DNA of 43,366 bases from a candidate division WOR-3 bacterium (GTDB lineage: Bacteria > Hydrothermota > Tepidihabitantia > B36-G15), in assembly GCA_003645615.1 (NCBI GenBank), contig QNBE01000002.1, positions 1-43,366 on the forward strand. Reading direction: 5' to 3'. The notes below the pieces were generated by a model, which had not been told where the DNA came from, searched no databases, and was given only the letters and a program-made list of their open reading frames with translations. Positions 28,253 through 36,480 of this stretch are shown here, piece by piece. Within the stretch, counting starts at the first letter, position 1. Each line of letters begins with the position of its first letter. A program made the translations under genes and the position numbers.

Positions 28253-28685
28253 AGTAGAAACGGGCCCCAATCCCACCTTCGAGATCGAAATCGGTCTCGG
28301 GGACCAGATCCATAACCGGATAGAGCTCACCGAAGAAGCCAAACCGTTGATAGATATATTCGATACCGATCCCAAATCGAGCCCCGAGATTGAACTCCCA
28401 CTCCTCCTCCTTGGTCCTCTTCATCTTCAGCCTACCGCCAAGGCCGAGATAGGGGTACCAGTTTGGCTCCTGGATCCACTCCGGAAAATGGAAGAGATAA
28501 TCGGCAACCAGATGGATTCGCTCCCGAGTGAAGGACCAGCCGATGCCAAAGTCGATTGCGTTTATCTCGGTAATCCAGCTTTTGAAACTGAGCCCGGTCG
28601 GTTCTCCCAAGATGATTCCCACCCCGATGGGATAGGCAGTAGTGATGAGGCCAAAGATTAGAATGATGGTAAAGGTTCTCATCAT
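28242..28685 (-). CDS. Small OM beta-barrel protein (DUF3996-like)
   Basis: GVGIILGEPTGLSFK, ADYLFH, YLGLGG, GGIGARFYF. Confidence 0.7.
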   Translation of the reverse strand: MMRTFTIILIFGLITTAYPIGVGIILGEPTGLSFKSWITEINAIDFGIGWSFTRERIHLVADYLFHFPEWIQEPNWYPYLGLGGRLKMKRTKEEEWEFNLGARFGIGIEYIYQRFGFFGELYPVMDLVPETDFDLEGGIGARFYFRK

Positions 28686-29788
28686 CCCATCCTTACCGGC
28701 ATAAGGAGATAGAAGACCTCGATATCCCCCTTCTCTTCTGGTTCAATCTTCATCGCTGATGCCGGAGAGGTAAAGCCGATCTTGATCCGATCCGAATCGA
28801 TATGTCTGAGGATATCGATCATGAATGAGGCATTAAAACCGATCTTCAGCTCTTCCCCCTCATATTCGGCCTCAATCTCCTCCCGGGCCGCACCAACATT
28901 TGGAGTTGAGATATTCATGTTGATCAGTCCCGGAGCAAGATCAAGATATACTGCCTTAGTGGTGGTATTTGCGAAGAGTGATACCCTCCTTAAGGTCGAC
29001 TCGAAATTCTTCTTGCTCACCTTTAACTCTCCAACAAACTCCTTTGGTATCACCCCCTCATAGGCAGGGAAAGGACCCTGGATCAGTCTGCCGGTGATCT
29101 GGATATCCTCACCCTTGATACCGAAGAGTTTGGGAGAATCACCACTCTCAAGGCCGAAGGTGACCATTCCACTATAACCACTTATGAGATCGAAGGCCTT
29201 GGGTGGTATGATGAGACTGAACTCTGGACCGAACCTTTCCCGTTTCTCAATAAAGCCAAGTTTCACTCCATCGGTGGTAACGATTCTCAGGGCGTCACCT
29301 GAGGATGTGAAGAGTATGCCACTCATCGCACCTTTAGAATAGTCTTTGCTGGCGACAAATGAAACTGCTTTAATCAATTTCCAGAGATCGGGCCAGTTGA
29401 TCTCAAATGAGGCACCATCTGGGAATTTGGGGATCTCAGGATATTCAGCAGGATCGATGGTGGGAAAGGTAAAATTGGATCTAATCCCCAAGACGGTGGC
29501 CACCTGTTCCGCAATCCTCAAGTTGATCCGATCGACCTCGATCTCCTTAGCAATCGCCAATAGTTTTTTGCCTGGCAAAAGAACCTTCTCTTTCTCCCCC
29601 TGAGCGATCTCGGCCGTTAAGGTCTTCTCTATGAAGACATCGAGATCCGAGCCGGCGATGATGACCTTACCCGATTCAATACGGATCAAGATGTTCTGCA
29701 GGATTGAGAAGGCACTCTTCGGTGGAATGAGGGGAATAACCGAATTGAGTGCTGATATCAGCTCGTCACGATCAAAGATAAGTTCCAT
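28682..29788 (-). CDS. dnaN: DNA polymerase III beta sliding clamp
   Basis: GSDLDV, TTDGVKL, RLIQGPFPAYEGVIP, IGFNASFMID, YLLMPVR; follows dnaA. Confidence 0.96.
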   Translation of the reverse strand: MELIFDRDELISALNSVIPLIPPKSAFSILQNILIRIESGKVIIAGSDLDVFIEKTLTAEIAQGEKEKVLLPGKKLLAIAKEIEVDRINLRIAEQVATVLGIRSNFTFPTIDPAEYPEIPKFPDGASFEINWPDLWKLIKAVSFVASKDYSKGAMSGILFTSSGDALRIVTTDGVKLGFIEKRERFGPEFSLIIPPKAFDLISGYSGMVTFGLESGDSPKLFGIKGEDIQITGRLIQGPFPAYEGVIPKEFVGELKVSKKNFESTLRRVSLFANTTTKAVYLDLAPGLINMNISTPNVGAAREEIEAEYEGEELKIGFNASFMIDILRHIDSDRIKIGFTSPASAMKIEPEEKGDIEVFYLLMPVRMG

Positions 29789-29820
29789 ACCCAGACCTCC
29801 TTTTAAACCACACCATCATC

Positions 29821-30001
29821 ATAATAAATATATTTAGATGTTGAAGATGTGCCAGTGGAAAATGTGGAAAAATGAGAAAGGTTTGATTGAGCGTAATTTC
29901 TTTCCCACCCAAGGTAGATTAACTTCTTAAATATTTGTGGATTATTTCTCCTATCGGGAAAACCGGTAACTAATCGACAACCGATCCACAGCCTATCCAC
30001 T
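29821..30001. other. oriC unwinding subregion (dnaA-dnaN spacer)
   Basis: Tandem box-like AGTGGAAAA/TGTGGAAAA (29854-29871), TGTGGATTA (29936-29944), CGATCCACA (29982-29990); AT-rich tract 29821-29836. Confidence 0.75.
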
Positions 30002-31318
30002 CTTTATCCCCAGGATTATCGACTGAATCTTCTGATCGAAGTCATGATCCGATCTTCTCAACTTATCAATCTTCTCACAGGCGTGGATGACTGTGGAATG
30101 GTCCTTACCACCGAAGAAATTACCGATCTCTTTTAGAGAGATACCGAGGAGGAGTCTCATGAGAAACATGGCGATCTGTCGGGCTAAGGCGAGTTCCTGG
30201 ACCCGGGATTGACTCTTAATCTCCTCGGTGGAAAGGGAGAAGTGCTCGGCCACCTTCCTCAGGATCAACTCCTTGGTTACCGTCCTCCCATCCCCGATCA
30301 GATCCTTGAGCACCTCCTTGGCTAAGTCAACATCGATCTCTCGACCGGAGAGGGAGGAGACCGCAAGCAATCTTATCAGGCATCCCTCCAGCTCCCGGAT
30401 ATTAGATTTTACCCGATTGGCGATGTAGTAGGCAACCGACTGGGGGAGCTCAGCCCCTTCCAGTTCTGCCTTCCGATTGAGGATTGCAATTCTCGTCTCA
30501 AGGTCCGGTGCCTGGATATCGACGACAAGTCCACCCTGAAATCTCGATTTTAAGCGCTCTTCCAAGGTTGGGATCTCACGAGGGGGACGATCAGAGGAGA
30601 TGACGATCTGACTACCGGAGTCATAGAGATAGTTGAAGGTATGGAAGATCTCCTCCTGAAGACTCTCCTTGCCGTGGAGAAACTGGATGTCATCGATGAG
30701 GAGAACATCCTTACTCCGGTACTTCTTCTTAAACTTCATCCTGGTATCGGTCTGGATGGCATGAATCAGCTCATTAAAGATATTCTCCGCCGGGGTATAG
30801 TAGACCTTGGCCTTCGATCCAGAGGCGATGATGAAGTTACCGATCGCCTGCATCAGATGGGTCTTACCCAGACCGACACCGCCATAGATGAAGAGAGGGT
30901 TGTAGGCCTCAGCCGGTGCCTCGGCCACAGCCAAGGCCGCGGCATGGGCAAGTTGATTCGACTTCCCCACCACAAAATTCTCAAAGGTATAGCGCTTCTG
31001 AAGTTTGGTCCCATCGTGGGTGATGATTACCGGCTTGACCTTCTTCTTCGGCCTCACCCCTCCAGATTTATGGAGGGGCTTGAAGGCGATGTGAACCTCC
31101 TCCTCCACGGTCGATCGGACGATCGTCTCCAGCATCTCCGAATAATGCTTGGCAATCCAGTCGATGTGGAAGGCGGTTGGAACCTCGACCAGCAGGGTCC
31201 CATCCCTCATCTCAAGGCCTTTGGTGGTAGCAAACCAGGTCCGGAAGCTCTCCGGAGGGATACGGCTCCTGATCCGATCCAAGACCTTCTGCCAGATCGC
31301 TGCGGCCGCCTCTCTCAT
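29993..31318 (-). CDS. dnaA: Chromosomal replication initiator DnaA
   Basis: YTFENFVVGKSN, YNPLFIYGGVGLGKTHL, LLIDDIQF, RELEG, GGKDHSTVIHA; ATG 31318 preferred because the 31348 start overlaps DnaA boxes. Confidence 0.98.
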   Translation of the reverse strand: MREAAAAIWQKVLDRIRSRIPPESFRTWFATTKGLEMRDGTLLVEVPTAFHIDWIAKHYSEMLETIVRSTVEEEVHIAFKPLHKSGGVRPKKKVKPVIITHDGTKLQKRYTFENFVVGKSNQLAHAAALAVAEAPAEAYNPLFIYGGVGLGKTHLMQAIGNFIIASGSKAKVYYTPAENIFNELIHAIQTDTRMKFKKKYRSKDVLLIDDIQFLHGKESLQEEIFHTFNYLYDSGSQIVISSDRPPREIPTLEERLKSRFQGGLVVDIQAPDLETRIAILNRKAELEGAELPQSVAYYIANRVKSNIRELEGCLIRLLAVSSLSGREIDVDLAKEVLKDLIGDGRTVTKELILRKVAEHFSLSTEEIKSQSRVQELALARQIAMFLMRLLLGISLKEIGNFFGGKDHSTVIHACEKIDKLRRSDHDFDQKIQSIILGIKSG

Positions 31319-31338
31319 TTTAACCACCGGAAATTTGA

Positions 31339-31433
31339 GAATCCACAACTATCCACAAAGTTATCCACAATCGGTCCCAAGAAAAAGCTGTTAACCTTCG
31401 CCCTTTTTCTCCGCTCTAACTCATTTTTCCACA
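31339..31433. other. DnaA-box cluster upstream of dnaA (origin part / autoregulation)
   Basis: GAATCCACA 31339-47, CTATCCACA 31349-57, perfect TTATCCACA 31361-69, TTTTCCACA 31425-33. Confidence 0.8.
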
Positions 31434-31478
31434 GATCGCATGCCTGGCTCACAATCGACTCCATTTCCCAGGCTGGCT

Positions 31479-31506
31479 ATTTTAGTCAGATTCGTAGATC
31501 CGTCAA
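31479..31506 (-). promoter_or_regulatory. dnaA promoter TTGACG-16-TAAAAT
   Basis: Hexamers at 31501-31506 and 31479-31484. Confidence 0.68.
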
Positions 31507-31527
31507 GAAGTTGGTTGTAATTTTTTG

Positions 31528-32100
31528 CTAAGGTTTCCAGCCGCTGGCCCGATAGTGGTCGGGATGATCGCGGATTTCCACCTTTTGAAAGCCTCCGAGC
31601 CGGAGGAGTTCGGTCATCCTTAATCCATCCGGGATGAAATCCTCTTTGATCACCCCGCCGATCTTTTGATGAAACCGGTTGATCTCCTCTCTCGATGCGG
31701 AGTGGAGGATATCGATCCTTCCTTCCGGTCTCAGGACCCGGTAGAGCTCTTTAAGTGCCCGCAGCTTATTCCGGAGGTGGGGAAAGACCGCGAAGAGGAT
31801 CGCCCGATCAAAACTCCGGTCGGAAAAGGGGAGAGAAGCTGCATCGGCCTGGATCAGAAGCCGATGGGGAAATTTCTGCTTTGCCCTTTTGAGCATAAGA
31901 TAGGAGAGGTCAATCCCGATGATCGGATTCTCGGTGAGGAATTGAAGAAGGATTCCGGTTCCGGTGCCAACATCAAGGATCGACTCGGCTTTATCGATCT
32001 TAAGCGCTTCGATCAATTCTTTGATCTTCCCGATCTCATCTTCTTCCCGCTCCTCGTCCCATCCCTCAGCCAATCGATCGAAGAACTCCCGATGATTCAT
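31528..32100 (-). CDS. Class I SAM-dependent methyltransferase
   Basis: ILDVGTGTG, GIDLS, DAASLPF.D.SFD, YRVLRPEG. Confidence 0.92.
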   Translation of the reverse strand: MNHREFFDRLAEGWDEEREEDEIGKIKELIEALKIDKAESILDVGTGTGILLQFLTENPIIGIDLSYLMLKRAKQKFPHRLLIQADAASLPFSDRSFDRAILFAVFPHLRNKLRALKELYRVLRPEGRIDILHSASREEINRFHQKIGGVIKEDFIPDGLRMTELLRLGGFQKVEIRDHPDHYRASGWKP

Positions 32101-32906
32101 CGCTTGGGCGAGAAGATGAGGGCGATACCGAAGATAACCGATGAGGTGATGATGATCACCGCACCGGTGGGGGTATTGAAGAGGTAGGAGAAGAGTAGGC
32201 CAAAGAGGCAGGAGATGACACCAAAAAGGCCGGAGAGAAAAAACATCTGCTTCAGATCATAGGTGAGCTGGTAGGCGGCAGAAGGGGGGTTTATGATTAG
32301 TGAGAAGATGAGAAGGCCGCCAATCGTATTTAAGGAGAGGGCGACCGTAAGGCCGGCAAGTGTGATCAGGAGATAGAAGATCGACCGTTCCGGGATACCT
32401 ACCGATCGGGCAATCTCGCGATGGAAGAGGACCGCCATGATCTCCTTGAAGAAGAGGATGAGGATGAGAAGGATAACCAGGACGATGATAAGGAGGGAGA
32501 GGAGGTCCGAATCGGAGAGGAGGAGGATATTCCCCCAGATAAAATTGAGTGCCTCGGTCTTTGGTCCGTGGAGTAGTCCCATCCCCAAGAAGGCAATACC
32601 GAGTAGAATAGAGAAGATGATGCCGAGGGAGATGTTGGGATCGAGATCGGCCCGTTCTGCAACTGGCCCGATCAGGCCGGAGGCGATGAGGGCGAAGAGG
32701 ATCGCCATTAAGAGCGGATTGAGACCGAAGAGGAGGCCGGTGATTGCACCGGCAAAGGCGGCATGGGACATCGCCACACCCACGAACGGAATCCGGGCTA
32801 AGATGATCCAGACGCCGATCATCCCACAGCCAAGGCCGCCCAGGATCGAGGCGAAGATTGCCCGGAGCAAAAATTTATAATGGAAGATCGTGATCGGGAA
32901 TCCCAT
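32097..32906 (-). CDS. Metal ABC transporter permease (ZnuB/ABC-3 family)
   Basis: GVAMSHAAFAG, FIWGNIL, GGLLIFSLIINP, PTGAVII; start set to ATG 32906. Confidence 0.92.
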   Translation of the reverse strand: MGFPITIFHYKFLLRAIFASILGGLGCGMIGVWIILARIPFVGVAMSHAAFAGAITGLLFGLNPLLMAILFALIASGLIGPVAERADLDPNISLGIIFSILLGIAFLGMGLLHGPKTEALNFIWGNILLLSDSDLLSLLIIVLVILLILILFFKEIMAVLFHREIARSVGIPERSIFYLLITLAGLTVALSLNTIGGLLIFSLIINPPSAAYQLTYDLKQMFFLSGLFGVISCLFGLLFSYLFNTPTGAVIIITSSVIFGIALIFSPKR

Positions 32907-33630
32907 AGAGATCACCGATTCGGTTTCGTTGGAGGGCCCGCCCCCGTGGGCCATCGAAGGTGATCTTTCCCCTTTTCATCAGGAGGAGACGGGAAGAGGA
33001 TGGTGGGATATGGGAGAGGATATGGGTGACGAAGACGATGGTGATCGACCTTTCGAGATAGATCTGCTCGATCAGATCGAGGAGCTCATACTGGGCCCGA
33101 AGATCAAGATTTGAGGTCGGTTCATCAAGGAGGAGAATCCTCGGTTCTTGGGCGAGCGCTCTGGCAATCTGAACCTTCTGGAGCTCACCACCGGAGAGGT
33201 GGCCAATCGGCCGTAGGCTAAAGTCTTTGATTCCGGTCAAGGCCATAACCTCATCGACGATATCTTCATCCCGAGATGAGAGGCGGTGGATGAGTCCGAC
33301 CTTGCCGAACCTTCCGATCCGGACCACATCCCGGACACGGATTGGCATCCTGGGATCGAGATTCAAGATCTGAGGCACATAGCCGATCTCCTTTCGAATC
33401 TCGCCAGCACGGGAAGGGGTGAGACGGATCCCAAAGATCCATACCTCCCCTCCCCTTATCCTCCCCAGACCATTTATTGTCGTCAGTAGGGTCGTCTTTC
33501 CCGCCCCGTTGGGACCGAGCACGGTGACAAATTCACCCTCATCGATCTGGAGGTTGATCTTAGTAAGAACCAGATCCTTCTGATAAGCTACCGAGACATC
33601 CTTTAATCTAATGATGGCTGAGGCATTCAT
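32875..33630 (-). CDS. Metal ABC transporter ATP-binding protein (ZnuC-like)
   Basis: GPNGAGKTT, IGYVPQ, LSGGELQ, LLLDEP, FVTH. Confidence 0.95.
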   Translation of the reverse strand: MNASAIIRLKDVSVAYQKDLVLTKINLQIDEGEFVTVLGPNGAGKTTLLTTINGLGRIRGGEVWIFGIRLTPSRAGEIRKEIGYVPQILNLDPRMPIRVRDVVRIGRFGKVGLIHRLSSRDEDIVDEVMALTGIKDFSLRPIGHLSGGELQKVQIARALAQEPRILLLDEPTSNLDLRAQYELLDLIEQIYLERSITIVFVTHILSHIPPSSSRLLLMKRGKITFDGPRGRALQRNRIGDLYGIPDHDLPL

Positions 33631-34384
33631 CCAATCTCTTCATATTCTCGATCAGGGTCTGGGGATAGGATTGATCGATCGGGAAATTGGTCAAAACGAG
33701 GTGGTTGATGCTGGCCGCCTCGGCGATGGGGCGGCCAGCATCGGGTCCACTTTGGAGATTGTCGACAACCAATCTCGCTCCGCTACCACGGGCGAGGTCG
33801 ATGAGTCGGGCGAGCTCCTTGGGGGAGAGATCCTCTGGACGACCATAGGTGGCCACCACATCAAAACCGACCCAGGAGAGGAAAGGGGCCTGATATCGGG
33901 CACAGATTACCTTTACCCCTTTGAACTTTGATCGATCAAACTGCTTAACAATTGAATCGATCCTCGCCCGGTAAGACCTCAGATTGGATTGAAAGAGAGC
34001 GCTATCCTCGGGGAAGGAGAGAGAGAGGATGCGGGTTATCACCTCGGCAGCCCGGAGATGGATCTCGGGAACCATCCAGCTCCCTTTTACGCCCACAGTT
34101 TCGATCCTCACTTCGGGCAGGGCTAAGGCAAGTTTCTTAAGCCAGCCCTCAAATCCGTGATTGAGGATGATCTTGGCGTGGGAGAGTCGATCGATCTCCT
34201 TCGGCTTGAGATCGAAATGTCCAGGACACATCCCGGCCGGAACGATTGTGATTGCCTCCACCCGATCCTTCCCAATCGATTTAACGATCGATCCGATCAT
34301 CGATGTTGTTGCTCCAACCGGATATCCCTCTTCCTTCTGGACACAGGAGATGATGAGAAGAGAGAGAAGTAGAATCCTCACCAT
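33608..34384 (-). CDS. Cluster A-I (ZnuA/TroA-like) metal-binding lipoprotein with atypical ligands
   Basis: Lipobox IISC; IVPAGMCPGHFDLKP; fold pattern of TroA-like SBPs. Confidence 0.85.
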   Translation of the reverse strand: MVRILLLSLLIISCVQKEEGYPVGATTSMIGSIVKSIGKDRVEAITIVPAGMCPGHFDLKPKEIDRLSHAKIILNHGFEGWLKKLALALPEVRIETVGVKGSWMVPEIHLRAAEVITRILSLSFPEDSALFQSNLRSYRARIDSIVKQFDRSKFKGVKVICARYQAPFLSWVGFDVVATYGRPEDLSPKELARLIDLARGSGARLVVDNLQSGPDAGRPIAEAASINHLVLTNFPIDQSYPQTLIENMKRLDECLSHH

Positions 34385-36162
34385 CGGAAGTCAAGGCCAA
34401 TGGTAAAGCTGCGGCCGGGCATCTCGTAACATCCAGCTGCACCACCGGGGAGATCGGCATAGATGGCATATTCCTGATCCAGGATGTTTTCGATGGAAAG
34501 AAATGGAACCAGACCGAATCCGAATCGGAAGGAGAGGTTCAGGTTGATGAGGAGATAATCATCGATCCGATCCATACTGCTGTCGGCGGCAAAGTAATTG
34601 GTGACATACTGACCCATGAGGCCGATCCGGATGGGCTGGAAATCCCCACTCAGGGAGATACCAAACTTATCCTTGATGCGCCCCCTCGTCTTCTCACCCG
34701 GGTCGAGATGGGAGTAGTTGATCTCTCCCTTGAGCTTTCGGTGGTCGATCCGGAGCGAGATCTCGCTCCCATAAAAACGGAAGGAGTCGGTATTCTGGAA
34801 GCGGAACTTAGGTGGTGGGGAGGGGTTGGGGGCAAGTTCGATCAGATTCTCACCATCCATCAGAAAACCGACCAGATCGAAACTCAATGGTCCGAAGAGG
34901 TGTTGAGAGATCCCGACCTCATAGTTGGTGACGAACTCTGCCTTAAGATCGGGATTGGAGGGGGGGAACATATAGAGCTCATTGAGCTGAGGCGAACGAA
35001 AACCTCGACCTATCGATCCCCTGATGATCGTTCCACTCAAAATCGGCCAGACCAGCCCAGCTCTGGGGACGAATACCCGACCCGAGATCTCATCCCAGTT
35101 GATCCTACCTCCAACCGTAGCAATGAGTTTATTAAGAATCCGCTGCTCATCGTGGGCAAAGATGCCGATCTCATACTTGCTCCAGGAACCGGTCCCGATC
35201 CACTCACCGAGCTGACGCCGGTATTCGACCCCGACCATGAGCTCATTGGTATTGGTAATACGTCCGGTGAGATGGCCGATCATGCCATAGGTCGAATCCT
35301 TCGACTTCCAGCCATCAGAGAACTCATGCCTACCAAAATTGAGATAGGACTTGATCATCCCTCTATACCTCTGCCATCGCCCATCGATCGATAGGTCGAT
35401 CGCCCCCCGCCGATACCGATTCCAGACATCGGACTCAAGGGTCTCGGGATCGGTCACCCGTTTTGGCTCCTCCTTATAACCATCAAAATATTTGGCCGAG
35501 AGTGAGGCCCTTAGCCCGGGTAGAAGCTGGTAGCCGATCCGCCCGGTGAAGTCTTTGCCCGAATAGGCAGAGTTTTCCAGATGGCCATCGCTCTTCTCGT
35601 AGTCTCCGGTCAGAAAGTAGTCGAACTCTCCGATCCGACCGCCATGGCGGAGCCGGAGCTGCTGGGTCTGATAGCTCCCATAGGCGAGCCTGAGGTCGGT
35701 AGTAAATCCGGATTCTACCCGCTTGGTTATGATGTTGACCACACCCCCGAGGGCATCGGAGCCGTAGAGGACCGATGCCGGTCCCCGGACGACTTCGATC
35801 CGTTCAACATTGTTGAGGGGAAGGGAGTGGGTCACGGTGCAACCGAAGAGTCCCATCTTGACCGGACGGCCATCGACTAAGACCATCACCTTCCTCCCCC
35901 GATCACCAAGCCCCCGGATATCGATATCAGACCGGCCAAAGGATCCGGTCTTTTCGATGAATACTCCGGGAAGGAAGGAGAGGAGATCGGGGGTGGTATG
36001 GACATACCGGGAGGAGATCTCCTCCTCGGTCAGGACCGATACCGTTGCCGAGAGATCCTTTATCGCCCGCTCACTCCTGGTTGCGGTGACGACGATCTCC
36101 TCCAGCTTATACACCTTCAGGGTATCGGGAAAAGCAAGCAGGATGATAATCAATCCAAACAT
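34378..36162 (-). CDS. TonB-dependent outer-membrane receptor
   Basis: LEEIVVTATR, IDIRGLG, VLVDGRP, VERIEVVRGPASVLYGSDALGGVVNIITK, ENILDQEY...PGRSFTIGLDFRW; ATG 36162 with GGAGGT. Confidence 0.95.
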   Translation of the reverse strand: MFGLIIILLAFPDTLKVYKLEEIVVTATRSERAIKDLSATVSVLTEEEISSRYVHTTPDLLSFLPGVFIEKTGSFGRSDIDIRGLGDRGRKVMVLVDGRPVKMGLFGCTVTHSLPLNNVERIEVVRGPASVLYGSDALGGVVNIITKRVESGFTTDLRLAYGSYQTQQLRLRHGGRIGEFDYFLTGDYEKSDGHLENSAYSGKDFTGRIGYQLLPGLRASLSAKYFDGYKEEPKRVTDPETLESDVWNRYRRGAIDLSIDGRWQRYRGMIKSYLNFGRHEFSDGWKSKDSTYGMIGHLTGRITNTNELMVGVEYRRQLGEWIGTGSWSKYEIGIFAHDEQRILNKLIATVGGRINWDEISGRVFVPRAGLVWPILSGTIIRGSIGRGFRSPQLNELYMFPPSNPDLKAEFVTNYEVGISQHLFGPLSFDLVGFLMDGENLIELAPNPSPPPKFRFQNTDSFRFYGSEISLRIDHRKLKGEINYSHLDPGEKTRGRIKDKFGISLSGDFQPIRIGLMGQYVTNYFAADSSMDRIDDYLLINLNLSFRFGFGLVPFLSIENILDQEYAIYADLPGGAAGCYEMPGRSFTIGLDFRW

Positions 36163-36173
36163 CACACCTCCTG

Positions 36174-36200
36174 GTGACACGAATCTGAAAAAAGTAACAC
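36174..36200. promoter_or_regulatory. Imperfect palindromic operator GTGACAC-N13-GTAACAC (NikR-like candidate)
   Basis: Lies between the -10 box and RBS of the TonB/ABC operon. Confidence 0.55.
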
Positions 36201-36203
36201 CAA

Positions 36204-36271
36204 ATCTTACCCATTAGATCGGAGCTGTCAACCCTGATCCTCATTGACTTCAAAGTAGGATGGGATATAAT
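36204..36271. promoter_or_regulatory. Divergent promoters: minus TTGACA-16-TAAGAT (TonB operon); plus TTGACT-16-TATAAT (tRNAs)
   Basis: Hexamers at 36226-31/36204-09 and 36244-49/36266-71. Confidence 0.75.
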
Positions 36272-36279
36272 CTCACCAG

Positions 36280-36352
36280 GCGGGAGTAGCTCAGCTGGTA
36301 GAGCATCGGCCTTCCAAGCCGATGGTCGCGGGTTCGAGACCCGTCTCCCGCT
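36280..36352 (+). tRNA. tRNA-Gly(TCC)
   Basis: GCGGGAG/CTCCCGC acceptor stem, TCGGC-CT-TCC-AA-GCCGA anticodon arm, GGTTCGA T-arm; CCA not encoded. Confidence 0.96.
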
Positions 36353-36355
36353 TAA

Positions 36356-36427
36356 GGCGGCATAGCCAAGTGGTAAGGCGGCGGTCTGCAAAACCGCTAT
36401 ACCCCGGTTCGAATCCGGGTGCCGCCT
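36356..36427 (+). tRNA. tRNA-Cys(GCA)
   Basis: GGCGGCA/TGCCGCC acceptor stem, GCGGT-CT-GCA-AA-ACCGC anticodon arm, GGTTCGAATCC; U discriminator; CCA not encoded. Confidence 0.96.
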
Positions 36428-36446
36428 CTGTGATACAAATCGGAGA

Positions 36447-36474
36447 TTGAAATCAGCTCCGGAGAGGTTATACT
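36447..36474 (+). promoter_or_regulatory. Promoter TTGAAA-16-TATACT, probably leaderless
   Basis: -10 box ends 6 nt before GTG 36481. Confidence 0.6.
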
Positions 36475-36480
36475 GTTTTA

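Noticed and set aside
30641-31531. 296-aa ORF antisense to dnaA (likewise 12918..13565, 34708..35394, 39446..40087 and other short track ORFs)
   Set aside because: Antisense shadows of well-supported genes, expected from codon bias
36163-36203. Cobalamin riboswitch before the TonB receptor
   Set aside because: Only ~40 nt between the -10 box and the ATG; no B12-box
36107-36391. 94-aa minus-strand ORF
   Set aside because: Reverse complement of the two tRNA genes and the promoter region
36280-36480. tRNA-anchored genomic island
   Set aside because: No integrase and no repeated tRNA 3' end seen in the window
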